Position numbers and translations under genes: made by a program. Of a DNA stretch of 64,000 bases, positions 52,905 to 64,000 are shown piece by piece. Position 1 is the stretch's first letter. Each line of letters starts with the position of its first letter. Source of the stretch: an uncultured Chloroflexia bacterium. GTDB taxonomy: Bacteria; Chloroflexota; UBA6077; JACCZL01. Below the pieces are notes generated by a model. That model did not search any database. It was not told the DNA's origin and saw nothing but the letters and a program-made list of their open reading frames with translations. The stretch lies in assembly GCA_963765765.1 (NCBI GenBank), contig CAVXYC010000015.1, positions 704,001 to 768,000 on the forward strand. The letters are read 5' to 3'.

Positions 52905-52948
52905 CAACATCCAAACGTACCATAGGCTGACCCTTACAAATTCCAAAG
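52890..52948 (+). promoter_or_regulatory. Phased direct repeats; candidate response-regulator binding site
   Basis: CCTGAC(52890), CCTAAC(52900), CCAAAC(52911), CCATAG(52920), CCTTAC(52932), CCAAAG(52943); 9-12 bp period. Confidence 0.45.
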
Positions 52949-52963
52949 CATGACCTTCCTAGC

Positions 52964-53403
52964 ATGAGGTATGCGAAACAGGGAATCCATCCAGCACCCC
53001 GGGGAACAGATCGCAAGTCCATCGCGACTGGTCGGACGGATCGCGGCCGGGGGCGGTGGTCGCGCCTCCAGCGTGTGCTGGTCGAATTGGACAGCTCATC
53101 GTCCCTCTTCGATGCATGGGCTCGATTCGGGCTCATGGTTGGCATTGTTGGAGTGGCCGCGGTGATCGGAGTTTGGTAGGCGCTGGGGTCGCAGCACTTG
53201 GAGTCTGGACCGAGCTCGATCGGCCGTACGTTCGCGGCGCGGGCGGCGTTATTGGCTTTGGGCTTGGCTGGCTGATGTACGCGCGCGTCGTTCGAATGTG
53301 GGCGGATGATCATTTAGGGTGGGATACTTACAGCCATCGGGTTCGCGTTGCTCGATTTGGCGGAACGACATTGGAAGTAGGACGCGCCCCGCATGAAGAC
53401 TGA
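52964..53403 (+). CDS. Small hypothetical membrane protein (frameshift near 53170)
   Basis: Hydrophobic Gly-rich segments in two consecutive frames; overlaps the start of the downstream permease. Confidence 0.45.
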
Positions 53404-55453
53404 GTCACCAGGAAATGAGCAGGAGGCTCATCCAACCAGCCGTAGTGTCCAGATGGGATCTGACCTCATCGTCCATGAGGTGGTTAAGGGGTCAAAGCCC
53501 GGCGAGCGCTACGTGCGCGTCGTGCGCCCGCAAAACCGCGTGTTCCGACGCGTAGCGCCGGGGCATCTCGAGACGCGTGATGAGGCGCACAAGGCTCGGA
53601 CCGGCTTCGGCCGCGGGATGCAGCGCGTCCGACGCGTCCTATTCGGACGTCCAATCGCCAGCGCGCGGCAAGAGCATGAGCGTCTCACTAAGGTCAAGGC
53701 GCTAGCGGTACTTTCGTCCGACGCACTCTCCTCGTCGGCTTACGCCACCGAGGAGATCATCCGCGTGCTGGTCGTCGCCGGGATCGCGGCGATCTCGCTG
53801 ACGATGCCCATCGCTATTGCCATTACGCTACTGCTGGTGATCGTTTCCACATCGTACATGCAGACGATCAAGGCCTACCCGCAGGGCGGCGGCTCGTACA
53901 TCGTCACCAAAGATAATCTCGGAACATTGCCGTCGCTGGTGGCGGGATCCGCATTGATGATCGACTACGTACTCACCGTGGCTGTGTCGATCTCCGCCGG
54001 CGTTGCTGCCGTGACCTCAGCCATCTCGGGTCTGAAGCCGTTTGCCGTTGAGATCGGCGTGTTCTTCATCGTCCTGATCACAATCGGTAATCTCCGAGGC
54101 ATCCGTGAGAGCGGCTCAATCTTTGCCGCACCCACGTACTTATTCGTCCTTCTCGCGTTGGCTATGATTGGCATTGGCGCGTTCCGTGTAATCGGGGGCG
54201 ATATTCCGCCGCCATCGGTAGTAGAGCCAATTCCCGCGGAGCCGTTCGAAGTCTTGTCGATTTTCATTGTTCTCAAGGCGTTCGCGTCAGGAAACGCTGC
54301 ACTCACAGGCCTCGAGGCGATCTCCGATGGCGTGCCCAGCATTTGAGAAGCCAGAGTGGAAGAACGCGCGCACCACACTGGTCTGGATGGCCGCCATCCT
54401 GGCGGTACTTTTTCTGGGCATCAGCTTCCTGGCAGTGCAGTTCACCATCGTGCCGAGCGAGGCAGAGACGGTCATCTCGCAGCTTGGTCGTATCGCATTC
54501 GGCACCGAAACCCCAATCTACTTCCTGTTCCAGGCAGCCACGATGATGATCCTCGTGCTGGCGGCGAACACGGCCTTCTCCGATTTTCCGAGGCTGTGCT
54601 ATTTCCTGGCTCGCGATCGATTCATGCCCAGCCTCTTCCAATATCGTGGTGAGCGCCTAGCGTTCACCACGGGGATCGTGGCCCTCGCATTTGTGGCTGG
54701 TCTGCTAGTGATCGCGTTCCAGGCCGACACGCACGCGCTTATTCCGCTCTATGCTGTTGGCGTGTTCCTCTCTTTCACGCTGTCCCAGATGGGCATGGTG
54801 ATGCGCTGGTGGCGCAAGCGCGAACCGGGCTGGAAAATCTAGCATGCCGATTAATGCGTTCGGGGCATTGTGCCACCGGCGTCGTTACCATCGTGGTGGC
54901 TACAGAGAAATTCATGGCTGGCGCCTGGATGGTGATTCTGCTGATCCCGATCCTGGTGTATTTACTACGCGCAATCAACGCGCATTATGTGGCCGTGGCC
55001 GACGAGATGGCCATTGAAGATCTGTCGCGCTCTGCGCCAGAAGAGCTTGGTCCGCCCCTGGTGCTAGTGCCAGTCCCAAACATCAATCGCGCCAGTGTTC
55101 GGACGCTCTCGTTCGCGCGCTCGATCTCTGATGACGTCACGGCGCTTTACGTGACTGACGATATGTCATCGGTTGAAATGCTCAGGAAGCGCTGGACGCA
55201 GTGGGAAGGTGATATGCCGCTGGTGGTGCTGGAATCACCGTACCGCTCTCTCACGGCGCCGATTCTGGCGTACGTAGATGCTCAGCGGGCACAGCATCCC
55301 AACCGCACGATCATGGTGGTGCTGGGCGAATTCGTACCGCGGCGCTGGTGGGAATGGCTGCTTCACGGACAAGCAGCCCTACGTTTGAAAGCCGCGTTGT
55401 TCTTCCGTCCGAACGTCGTGGTCGCGGATGTGGCGTACCACCTGACGAAGTAA
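53393..55453 (+). CDS. KimA/YdaO-like APC-family K+ transporter (frameshifts near 54340 and 54838)
   Basis: G.PI......ERL.K..ALAVLSSDALSS.AYA.EEI, SY.QTI.AYP.GGG.Y.V..NLG, DY.LTVAVS, ALTG.EAIS.GVP, AANTAF..FP, LIPLYAVGVF.SFTLSQ.GM, SPYR....P, WW..LLH.Q cytoplasmic domain. Confidence 0.88.
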
Positions 55454-55527
55454 GAGCGGGCAGCCTTCGACGCGTCGTAGCCGGTCCGTCGATTGCGAAG
55501 GGCCGATGTGTGTACGCCCTTGAATCG

Positions 55528-56876
55528 ATGGATGACCAGCGGAGCGTTGGCCCGCCACATCGCGGCGTGGGCGCATCTCAACGTCGGGAATCCAGGTCAT
55601 CGACGCCGAGCCTCGATGGTTTGAGCCGGGAGAACGTTAAACAGCGCGTTCTCGACCCTCTTCCAGACGAACTTCCGCACGGGCTACTCCAACTGGCTGC
55701 AGGCGCCCTTATGCCTACATAGCCCCTGCGAAGCATGGCTACCCGCATCAATGGCTGTGGGACACGGCATTCCAGTCCATTGTCTTGAGTCACATCGATC
55801 CGCCCTGGGCGGAGAGAGAGATCGAGAACTTTCTCCAGGTCCAGGGGCCAAACGGATTCTTGCCGCATGTCATCTTCTGGGACGAGCGTCACGTTCCGTT
55901 CTGGGGCCGACTGCTCAGTGATGACAGCCTCCACCCACACTACACATCTATTACGCAGCCCCCTGTCCTGGCTCTTGCAGTGGAGGCCATCTACGCAAAA
56001 TCAAATAATAGGCAGTTCCTGGCACGGGTAGTGCCTAAGGTGAACGCCTACCACCATTGGCTCGCGCGCACTCGCGACCCGTATCAGTCGGGACTGCTGT
56101 CCATTATCTCCGCCGATGAATCAGGGATGGATGAGCTGCCGATCTTTCAATACGCGGGAGGGCTCAAGCACAACAACTTCTGGGTATTCCATTACTTCAA
56201 TCGAAAAGCCGACGTGCAGAACAAACTGTACGGCTACGACCTTCAGCGCATCTTTACGGCGGACTACTTCACCATCAAAGAGATCATTTTCAATTGCATC
56301 TACATCGAAGCCAACAGGGCACTGGCCCGACTCCACCATATTCTTGACGATTCGGCGTCGGCTGTCGTCGCCAATCAGAGAGCCAGCGTATGCACTGATG
56401 CGCTCATGAATCTTTGTTGGCACGATAAGGATCAAATTTTTTATCCCGTGTACTCCAGGAGAAACAAGACTATTCCGGTGAAGAGTGTCACCAGTCTCGT
56501 CCCGCTATTCCTGACCGATCTCGACGCTGCTTATGCAGAGCGACTCATCAAGATGCACCTGCTCAATCCCAATGAGTTCAATCTTCCGTATCCGATCCCA
56601 TCAGTGGCGAAATGCGAGGTGTTCTTCCATCCTGAAACGCTGCCCTTCTACTGGATCAAGGCTCTCTGGCGAGGGCCCACGTGGTTCAGTACCAACTGGC
56701 TGGTGGTCAAAGGGCTCTTGAAGCACGGTTACGACGATATCGCGAGCGGAATTATTGCTCGCATGGGCGAGATGGTTGAGCGCGGCGGATTCCGCGAATA
56801 TTTCAACCCGCTAACGGGCAAAGGCTACGGGAAGCACAATTTTGGTTGGTCTACCTTGCTCCTGGACCTCATTTGA
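55528..56876 (+). CDS. GH63/MGH1-like (alpha/alpha)6 glycoside hydrolase (N-terminal frameshifts; start uncertain)
   Basis: YPHQWLWD, Q..NGF.PH, S.TQPP, ESGMD, WRGP.W...NWL, GFREYFNP.TG.G.G...F.WS. Confidence 0.8.
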
Positions 56877-56930
56877 CGGTGTCCGCAATGGAAATTGGTC
56901 ATTTCATGCTGGCCGCGAGATGAGATAGCC

Positions 56931-58320
56931 ATGCCAATGATCTCGCAGTATGACTCCGCCGCATTCATGCATCGGGCAACCGCTCATTTTCTCCGGGGCA
57001 AGGACTTCGACATCAGGAAGAACGTACCTCGCGGCGTTCCCAAACCGGTCTTCATGGGCCTGATTCGCTCGTTGAACGAGCTTGCCGGAACGGCTGAAAA
57101 TTGAACTCTCCGTTGCCACAAGTCAGACTCAGGCTGTGAGTGCCCGGGACGTCGTGGAGGTGAACGAAGAGCGCATCGCGCACGACCTGGTGGCGCAGTA
57201 CCCCAGACGGAAGTACCCGGCGATCGCCATCGGATCGTCCAATGGAGCGCTTGTTCACCTCTTTGCGGCGCTCGGCATTCCGTGGCTTCCGCAGACCAAC
57301 CTCATGCTTGTAAACCGCGATGAGCCTATTGAGCCCGACGATATGGCGCAGGATGCTGAGTGGGGAAAATCGTTCGCTCGGCCCATGCTCGACCGCAATC
57401 CCAACCTGAAGCTGCATCAGATGAACGATCCGGCCCAGGACCGGTACATGGCCATCAAGATGACCTACTTCAGGCTCAAGTTCCTGAATCTTCCGCAAGC
57501 ATATCGACGTTTCATTGAAGAGTGCCTGGAGCCGGGCGGAGTGATCCTGGTGATCAACTGCCAGAATCGATGGCCGGCGACGAAGATTACCGATCGTCAC
57601 TATTTCCAGGTGGGTGGGTACGGCGGGATTACGCTGGACGAGTACCTCCATGGTGGCCCGCGCGTCAAAGAGTTCCTGCAGCGGAACGGGTCCAAGCGGG
57701 ACCATTTCCTGCTTCCCGAGATTACTGGTGACTATCTCGAAGCGGAATGGGGCTTTGAAGAGTCGATGCTCGAAAGCATTGACTCGCTTGCCAGGGAGCG
57801 TGACTACGAGGTGAAGCAGCTTTATTTCGGGGACCCTCAGGACCCCGTGCGTCCCATCGCCGATTTCTATTGCGATTGGTACGACTCGATCGGTCGACCG
57901 ACCGACAAGCTGCTCATCGAATCTTTCATGCTGCTCGAACCGTACTGGTGCCTGCGCACCGGCAGCATCCCGTATTGGGCGGTCTTCACCGGCCAGCCGT
58001 CGTTCGACGACATTACCGGCTATGTGAGTCAGCACGATTTCAACTACATCTATCTGACGCTGTTCTCCAATATCGTGCGCTCGATCGGAGTGCCGGAAGG
58101 CCGGGAATGGGAGCGGATCATCGAAAAGGCTCGCGCGGGACATGCACTCCTTGGCGTGGACCCCGAGAAGTTTCCCTTCGATTTAACCAGTGCGTTCCAA
58201 TTCTTCGACGATGTGAAGACGAAGATACCCTTCCGATATGAGCTGCCCGAGCCCGTGCCGCTGCAGACATTCGAACACTTCCTGTCAGCGCATCCAGATT
58301 ACTCACTCCAGATGCGCTGA
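56931..58320 (+). CDS. Hypothetical protein, ~460 aa (frameshift near 57085)
   Basis: Long ORF with protein-like composition and motif-like segments (YDSA..M.RA...FL.G.DF, GSSNGALVHL.AALG.PWLPQT, HQMNDP.QD, EAEWGF). Confidence 0.7.
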
Positions 58321-58359
58321 GGTGCTGCTCCAATCGCGGCGCCGTCCCGAGAATCCAAC

Positions 58360-58444
58360 GTAGCACGGGTCCTTGTGTCCTGCGCCTAGAACTCCCAATC
58401 GCTGACTGGGATTCTCAGGCACAGGGTACAAGGACCCGTGCCAC
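58360..58444. repeat. REPIN/MITE-like palindromic element, family A, copy 2
   Basis: GTAGCACGGGTCCTTGTGTCCTGCGCCT ... AGGCACAGGGTACAAGGACCCGTGCCAC; ~28-bp imperfect IR. Confidence 0.75.
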
Positions 58445-58497
58445 ATTTCAGTCAGCCATTCGGCGATAATGGCGAATCATTGCTTGACGACGAGCTG

Positions 58498-59046
58498 TTC
58501 GGCCGCCTCGGTGCACCGTTCGCGGCGACCCGCTTCAATGTGACGCCGGACCTGATGACCGTCGCCAAGGGCATCACCAACGGCGCCGTGCCGATGGGTG
58601 CGGTGTTCGCGAAGTCGATGATCCACGACGTCTTCATGAACGGGCCGGAGCACGTGATCGAGTTCCCGCACGGCTACACCTACTCGGGCCACCCGCTGGC
58701 CTGCGCCGCGTCGCTCGGCACGCTCGACACCTATGCCGAGGAAGGCCTGCTGACGCGGGCCCAGCAGATGGAGCCGGTGCTGGAGCAGGCGCTGCACACG
58801 CTGCGCGAGGCGCCGCACGTCATCGACCTGCGCAACATCGGCCTGGTCGGCGCGATCGAGCTGGCGCCGCGCGCCGGCGAGCCGGGCAAGCGCGGCTTCG
58901 AGGCGATGCTCGCCGCCTGGGAGCGCGGCCTGCTGATCCGCACCACCGGCGACACGATCGCGCTGTCGCCGCCGCTGATCGTCGAGAAGTCGCACATCGA
59001 TCAGATCGTCGGCACGCTCGCCGACGTGTTGAAGACGATCGCCTGA
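58498..59046 (+). CDS. C-terminal part of a class III omega-amino acid:pyruvate aminotransferase (5' truncated at the junction)
   Basis: FGRLGAPFA, PDL.T.AKGITNG..PMGAV, HGYTYSGHP.A.AA, L.R.TGD.IALSPPLI; the DEVITG and upstream parts are missing. Confidence 0.85.
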   Translation, partial: FGRLGAPFAATRFNVTPDLMTVAKGITNGAVPMGAVFAKSMIHDVFMNGPEHVIEFPHGYTYSGHPLACAASLGTLDTYAEEGLLTRAQQMEPVLEQALHTLREAPHVIDLRNIGLVGAIELAPRAGEPGKRGFEAMLAAWERGLLIRTTGDTIALSPPLIVEKSHIDQIVGTLADVLKTIA

Positions 59047-59188
59047 GGGAGATCTGATCCGCTGCACCCGGCCGCGCAGGCGGCCGGGTGTGGACGGTTG
59101 ACGACGCCTTCGGCCTGGCGACTCCGCCGCGGGTTGTCGGCTGCGCGAGGCCATGGACAATGGCGGGCTTTGCGCCCTCCTCGACCCG

Positions 59189-60301
59189 ATGCAGCCCGCG
59201 CCGTTTCTCCAGATCCAGGACATCGTCAAGGACTTCGACGGCCATCGCGCCGTCGACCACGTCAGCATCGACATCGCCAAGGGCGAGGTGTTCGCGCTGC
59301 TCGGCTCGTCGGGCTGCGGCAAGACGACGCTGCTGCGGATGCTGGCCGGCTTCGAGACGCCGACCTCCGGCACGATCACGCTCGACGGCCACGACCTCGC
59401 CGGCCTGCCGCCGTACGAGCGGCCGCTCAACATGATGTTCCAGAGCTATGCGCTGTTCCCGCACCTGACGGTCTGGGACAACATCGCGTTCGGCCTGCGC
59501 CGCGACGCGCATGCCGGCCGACGAGATGGCGCAGCGCGTCGACGCGATGCTGAAGCTGGTGCAGCTCGACGGCGTTCGCGAAGCGGAAGCCGCACCAGCT
59601 GTCGGGCGGCCAGCAGCAGCGCGTCGCGCTGGCGCGCAGCCTGGCCAAGAAGCCGCAGCTGCTGCTGCTCGACGAGCCGCTCGGCGCGCTCGACAAGAAG
59701 CTGCGCGAGGAGACGCAGATCGAGCTCGCCAACATCATCGAGGACGTCGGCGTGACCTGCGTGATGGTCACGCACGACCAGGAAGAGGCGATGACGATGG
59801 CCTCGCGCATCGCGGTGATGAGCGAAGGCCGCTTCCTGCAGGTCGGCGCGCCGGGCGAGATCTACGAGACGCCGGCGAATCGCTTCGTCGCCGACTTCAT
59901 CGGCAACGTCAACCTGATGGACGGCACGCTGGTCGAGGACGAGCCCGGCCACGTGGTCGTCGAGTGCGCCGACTGCCGCCACTACGTCGGCCACGGCATC
60001 ACCGGGACCACGTGGAATGCCGGTCACGGTGGCGCTGCGGCCCGAGAAGATCCGCATCGGCCGCGCCGCGCCGGACGCGCGGCGACGGCCTGCCGGCCGC
60101 GCTTCAACCGCGTCCGCGGCACGCGTCAAGCGACATGGCCTATTTCGGCAGCTTCACGGTCTACCACCTGGCGCTGCCGAGCGGCGCCGTGCTCAAGGTC
60201 AGCCAGAGCAACACCGAGCGCGAGCGCGGCGGCCGCTGACCTGGGGCGACGAGGCGTGGGCGAGCTGGTCGACCCTCGCGCCGGTGGTGCTGACGTCATG
60301 A
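59189..60301 (+). CDS. potG: Putrescine/polyamine ABC transporter ATP-binding protein (frameshifted)
   Basis: [67 protein letters not shown]. Confidence 0.88.
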
Positions 60302-61230
60302 CGAGCCGCGCGTTGCGCGGGCGCCGCGCGCGGGCGCGCCGCGGTGATCGGCGATCCCTACCTCTGGCTGCTGGTGTTCTTCCTGCTGCCGTTCCTGGTG
60401 GTGCTGAAGATCAGCGTCTCCGAGATGGAGGGCGCGACGTTCCAGCGACCTCGTCGCCTGGCAGGACGGCGCGGTCGCCTTCAACCTGAAGCTCGCCAAC
60501 TACCTGCTGCTGGTCCAGGACGACCTGTACTTCGCGACCTACCTGTCGAGCCTCAAGTACGCCGCCGTCGACGACGCTGCCTGCCTGGCGCATCGGCTAT
60601 CCGTTCGCCTACTTCATGGCGCGCGCCCGGCGCGACGCTTGCAGCCGGCGCTGCTGATGCTGGTGATGCTGCCGTTCTGGACCTCGTTCCTGCTGCGGGT
60701 CTACGCCTGGAAGGGCCTGCTGACCGAGAACGGCTGGGCCGCCGACGCGATCGAGGCGCTCGGTCTCGACCAGGTGCTCGCCGCGCTCGGCCTGATTCCC
60801 GGCCCCGGGCAGCTGATGAACACGCCGTTCTCGCTCGTGCTCGGCATGACCTACACCTACCTGCCGTTCATGATCCTGCCGCTCTATTCGAACCTCTCGA
60901 AGATGGATCTGCGCCTGCTCGAGGCGGCCGCCGACCTCGGCGCGAACGCCTGGGTCGGCGTTCTGGAACATCACCGTGCCGCTGTCGCGCGCCGGCATCA
61001 TCGCCGGCTCGATGCTGGTCTTCATCCCGTGCGTCGGCGAGTACGTGATCCCCGAGCTGCTCGGCGGGCCGCAGACGCAGATGATCGGCCGCACGCTGTG
61101 GGACGAGTTCTTCAGCAACAACGACTGGCCGATGGCCTGCGCCGTCGCCGTCGCGATGGTGCTGCTGATCATCGTGCCGCTGGCGGTCTTCAGCCGCTAC
61201 CAGGCCGAGGCGACGGAGCGCCGGTCGTGA
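60298..61230 (+). CDS. potH: Putrescine ABC transporter permease (frameshifted)
   Basis: [68 protein letters not shown]. Confidence 0.85.
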
Positions 61231-61241
61231 GGCGCGCGGCC

Positions 61242-62090
61242 ATGACCGGGCGGCCGCGCCTCAACCGCGCTGGTTCGGCGCGCGGCTGGCTCGGCGCCGG
61301 CTACCTGTTCCTCTACATCCCGATCGTCGCGCTGGTGCTCTACTCGTTCAACGACTCGCCGGTGCCGAACGTCTGGCAGGGCTTCACCGTCAAGTGGTAC
61401 CGCGCGCTCGCCTCCGACCGCGAGCTGCTCGACGGCCTGTGGCTGTCGCTGAAGATCGCCTTCGTCACCGCGACGTCGTCGGTCGTGCTCGGCACGCTGG
61501 CGGCGTTCGCGCTGGTCCGTATCGGCGCTTCGACGGCCGCACGCTGTTCGCCGGCATGGTCGCCGCGCCGCTGGTGATGCCCGAGGTGATCATCGGCCTG
61601 TCGCTGCTGCTGATGCTGGTGCTGCGCGTGCAGCAGCGCGCTCGGCTTTCCCGAGCGCGGCATGGCGACGATCTGGCTCGGCCACCTGCTGCTCGGCATG
61701 GCCTACGCGACCGTCGTCGTGCAGGCGCGCCTGCAGACCTCAACGCGCAGCTCGAGGAGGCCGCGATGGACCTGGGTGCGCGACCGTGGGAGGTCTTCCA
61801 CCTCGTCACCCTGCCGATGATCGCGCAGGCGCTGCTGTCGGCCTGGCTGCTGACCTTCACGCTGTCGCTCGACGACGTGGTGCTGTCGGCCTTCCTGTCC
61901 GGGCCCGGTGCGACGACGATGCCGCTGGTCATCTTCTCGCGCGCCCGGCTCGGCCTCAACCCGAGCGTCAACGCGGTCGCCACGCTGATCGTGCTGGTCG
62001 TCTCGATCGGCGTGATCGTCGCGAGCTGGCTGATCGCGCGGCAGGAGCGCCAGCGCGCTGCCAGGACGTCGCGGCGGCCGCGCCACGTGA
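61242..62090 (+). CDS. potI: Putrescine ABC transporter permease (frameshifted)
   Basis: FLY.PI..L..YSFN.S....W.GF..KWY, PLVMPEVI.GLSLLL, EEAA.DLGA.P, FTLSLDD, GPG.TT.P, LG..P..NA.AT. Confidence 0.85.
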
Positions 62091-62125
62091 CCGCTGGCGC
62101 GCGCCGGGCTCGCGACGGGACCGGC

Positions 62126-63100
62126 ATGACGGCGCGTCCGGTCCGCTGGCGTGCCCGCTGGACGGCGTACTCTGCCTGGCCGCCAGCATGGCGATCGTCG
62201 GCGCCTACGTCGGGCTGTCGAAGGTCCTGGTCGCGGTGTTCCCGGTCTTCCTGCTGGCCTGGCTGCGCTTCGGGATCGCCGCCGTCGCGATGGTCGGCTG
62301 GATGCGCACGCCGGCCGACGAAGGCCGGCGCTGACGCCGCGCGACGCGCCGGCTGCTGTTCATCGAGTCGTTCTTCGGCAACTTCCTGTTCTCGATCTGC
62401 ATGCTGTTCGGCGTCGCGATGAGCTCGGCGCTCGCGGCCGGCGTGATCATGGCGGCGCTCCCGGCGGTCGGTCGCGATCCTGTCGCGCGTCTTCCTGCGC
62501 GAGCGGATCGGCACGCGCGTCGCGCTGCGGCATCGCCTGCGCGGTCGGCGGCATCGCGCTGGTCGCGCTGACCCGCCACGCCGGCGAGCGGGCTCGCAGC
62601 TCGGTCCTCGGCAACGCGCTGCTGTTCTGCGCGGTCTGCTGCGAGGCGACTCTATGTCGTCGTCGGCAAGCTGCTGACCGGCGCGGCTCGGGCCGAAGCG
62701 CATCAGCGCGCTGATCAACCTGTGGGGCTTCGCGCTCGTGATGCCGTTCGGCGTCTGGCAGGCGCGGCTTCGTTCGACTTTTCGTCGCGGCGCCACGTCG
62801 TGGGTCTTGCTCGACCGGCTACTCGATCGCGGCCAGCATGTTGACGGTCTGGCTCTGGATGACCGGCCTGAGCACGTCGATGCGGCGTCGGCCGGCACCT
62901 TCACCGTGCTCCTGCCGATCAGCGCCGGCGCTGGTCGGCGTCGTGTTCTTCGGCGAGCGCATCGGCACGATGCAGGCCGCTCGCCTTCGCGCTCGCGCTG
63001 GCCGGCATCGTGCTGGCGACCTGGCCGTGCGCGTCCGCGCCACCCGCGACCTCGACGGCCGGCAATCAGCGTCAGCCGGCACGGCCGCTGCCGGCGAGTT
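62126..63100 (+). CDS. DMT/EamA-family transporter (frameshifted; ends approximate)
   Basis: CLA.SM..VG.YV.LSK.LV..FPVFLLAWLRF.IA, ESF.GNFLFSICML.G, CEA.YVV.GK, WLWM.GL. Confidence 0.75.
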
Positions 63101-63761
63101 CAGCGCTTGCGCGCCAGCGTCAGGCCGTCGCCGACCGGCAGCATCGCGATGTCGATGCGCTCGTCGCTGTGCAGCTTGTCGTTGAGGGCCTGCAGGGCCC
63201 GCGTGTCCGCATCGGTCGCCGGCCGAGCGACGCTGCCGCCCCAGAGCACGTTGTCGATCGCGATCAGGCCGCCCGGCCGCAGCAGCTGCAGGCAGCGCTC
63301 GTAGTAGGCGTCATAGCTCGCCTTGTCGGCATCGATGAACGCGAAGTCGTAGCGCCCGGCCTCGCCGGCCGCGAGGCAGGCGTCGAGGGTGTCGAGCGCC
63401 GGCTCCGAGCCGCAGGTCGATCTTGCCGGCGACGCCGGCCGCCTCCCAGAACGGCCGTCCGACGCGCGTGTACGTCGTCGCTGACGTCGCAGGCCAGGAT
63501 GTAGCCGTCGGCCGGCAGCGCGAGCGCCACGGTCAGCGCGCTGTAGCCGGTGAACACGCCCACCTCGATGCAGCGGCGCGCACCGATCAGCCGGACCAGC
63601 AGCGCCATCAGCTGGCCCTGCTCCGGACCGATCTGCATGCCGGCGTGCGGATGCGTGCGGGTCGCTTCGCGCAGCTCGGTCTGCGCCGGGATCTCGCGAA
63701 CCGAATGGGCAACGAGATAGGACTGCAGCGTGTCGTCGAGCGTCAAGGTGCGATTGGCCAT
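63100..63761 (-). CDS. Class I SAM-dependent O-methyltransferase (caffeoyl-CoA OMT-like; frameshifted)
   Basis: MQI.PEQGQ, E.GVFTGYS.L, ACD, FIDADK..Y..YYE, GGLI.IDNVLW.G, D.R.D. Confidence 0.88.
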
Positions 63762-63807
63762 CGAAGTCTCTCGGGTCGGTTGAAGAAGGGCGCGACCGGT
63801 GTCGCGG

Positions 63808-64000
63808 TCACGTACCGAGCTCGGCGGGCTCGCGCGACGACGACCGCGGCAGCAGTCCGGCGCGCGGCGGGAGACCTCGCGCGGACCCAGCGCCCTGATG
63901 GCAGGATCTGACCAGACCTGCCGCCAGCGCCGGGCCCCGGCCTCGCCGTGGCGCAGGCCGAGGATGTGGCGCGACACATGCGTCCACGGCTCGCCGGTGC
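63808..64000 (-). CDS. dusA: 3' end of tRNA-dihydrouridine synthase A (partial)
   Basis: SRHILGL.HG..GARRWRQ..SD is the DusA C-terminal signature; the ORF runs off the window end. Confidence 0.65.
   Translation of the reverse strand, partial: HRRAVDACVAPHPRPAPRRGRGPALAAGLVRSCHQGAGSARGLPPRAGLLPRSSSREPAELGT

Noticed and set aside
58438-58497. GTG 58438 as the start of the aminotransferase
   Set aside because: It begins inside a repeat arm, the first 20 codons are non-homologous, and the gene is truncated at the compositional junction.

Overview
Bacterial genomic window made of two compositionally different blocks. 1..~58450 is moderately GC-rich and looks Chloroflexota-like (inferred from gene content and style only). 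It carries housekeeping genes (cytochrome c, rpsO-pnp, dapB-asd-dapA, clpS, groES/groEL with CIRCE, tsaD, mnmG, dcd) and many catabolic enzymes (two amidases each preceded by a small GatC/AtzG-like gene, CitE-like lyase, LLM oxidoreductase, CoA-transferase, enoyl-CoA hydratase, GlcD-like oxidase, Rieske oxygenase). It also holds a ferredoxin-type nitrate assimilation cluster (nrtABD-narK-narB-nirA-hemD) headed by a PucR-family regulator, and a truncated KdpD-like/KdpE-like two-component system flanked by two APC permeases (one KimA-like) with no kdpFABC. A GH63-like hydrolase and an unknown 460-aa gene follow that module. Several palindromic REP/REPIN-like families, a GIY-YIG remnant beside a 42-bp inverted repeat, and a candidate sRNA lie in intergenic spaces. 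At ~58445-58498 the sequence switches abruptly, in mid-gene, to a much more GC-rich Burkholderiales-like block (omega-transaminase fragment, potGHI, DMT transporter, O-methyltransferase, dusA 3' end); this is most likely a chimeric join. Many genes, including essential ones, carry 1-bp frameshifts, which indicates uncorrected long-read errors rather than real pseudogenes. All calls rest on visual motif recognition; no database searches were run.
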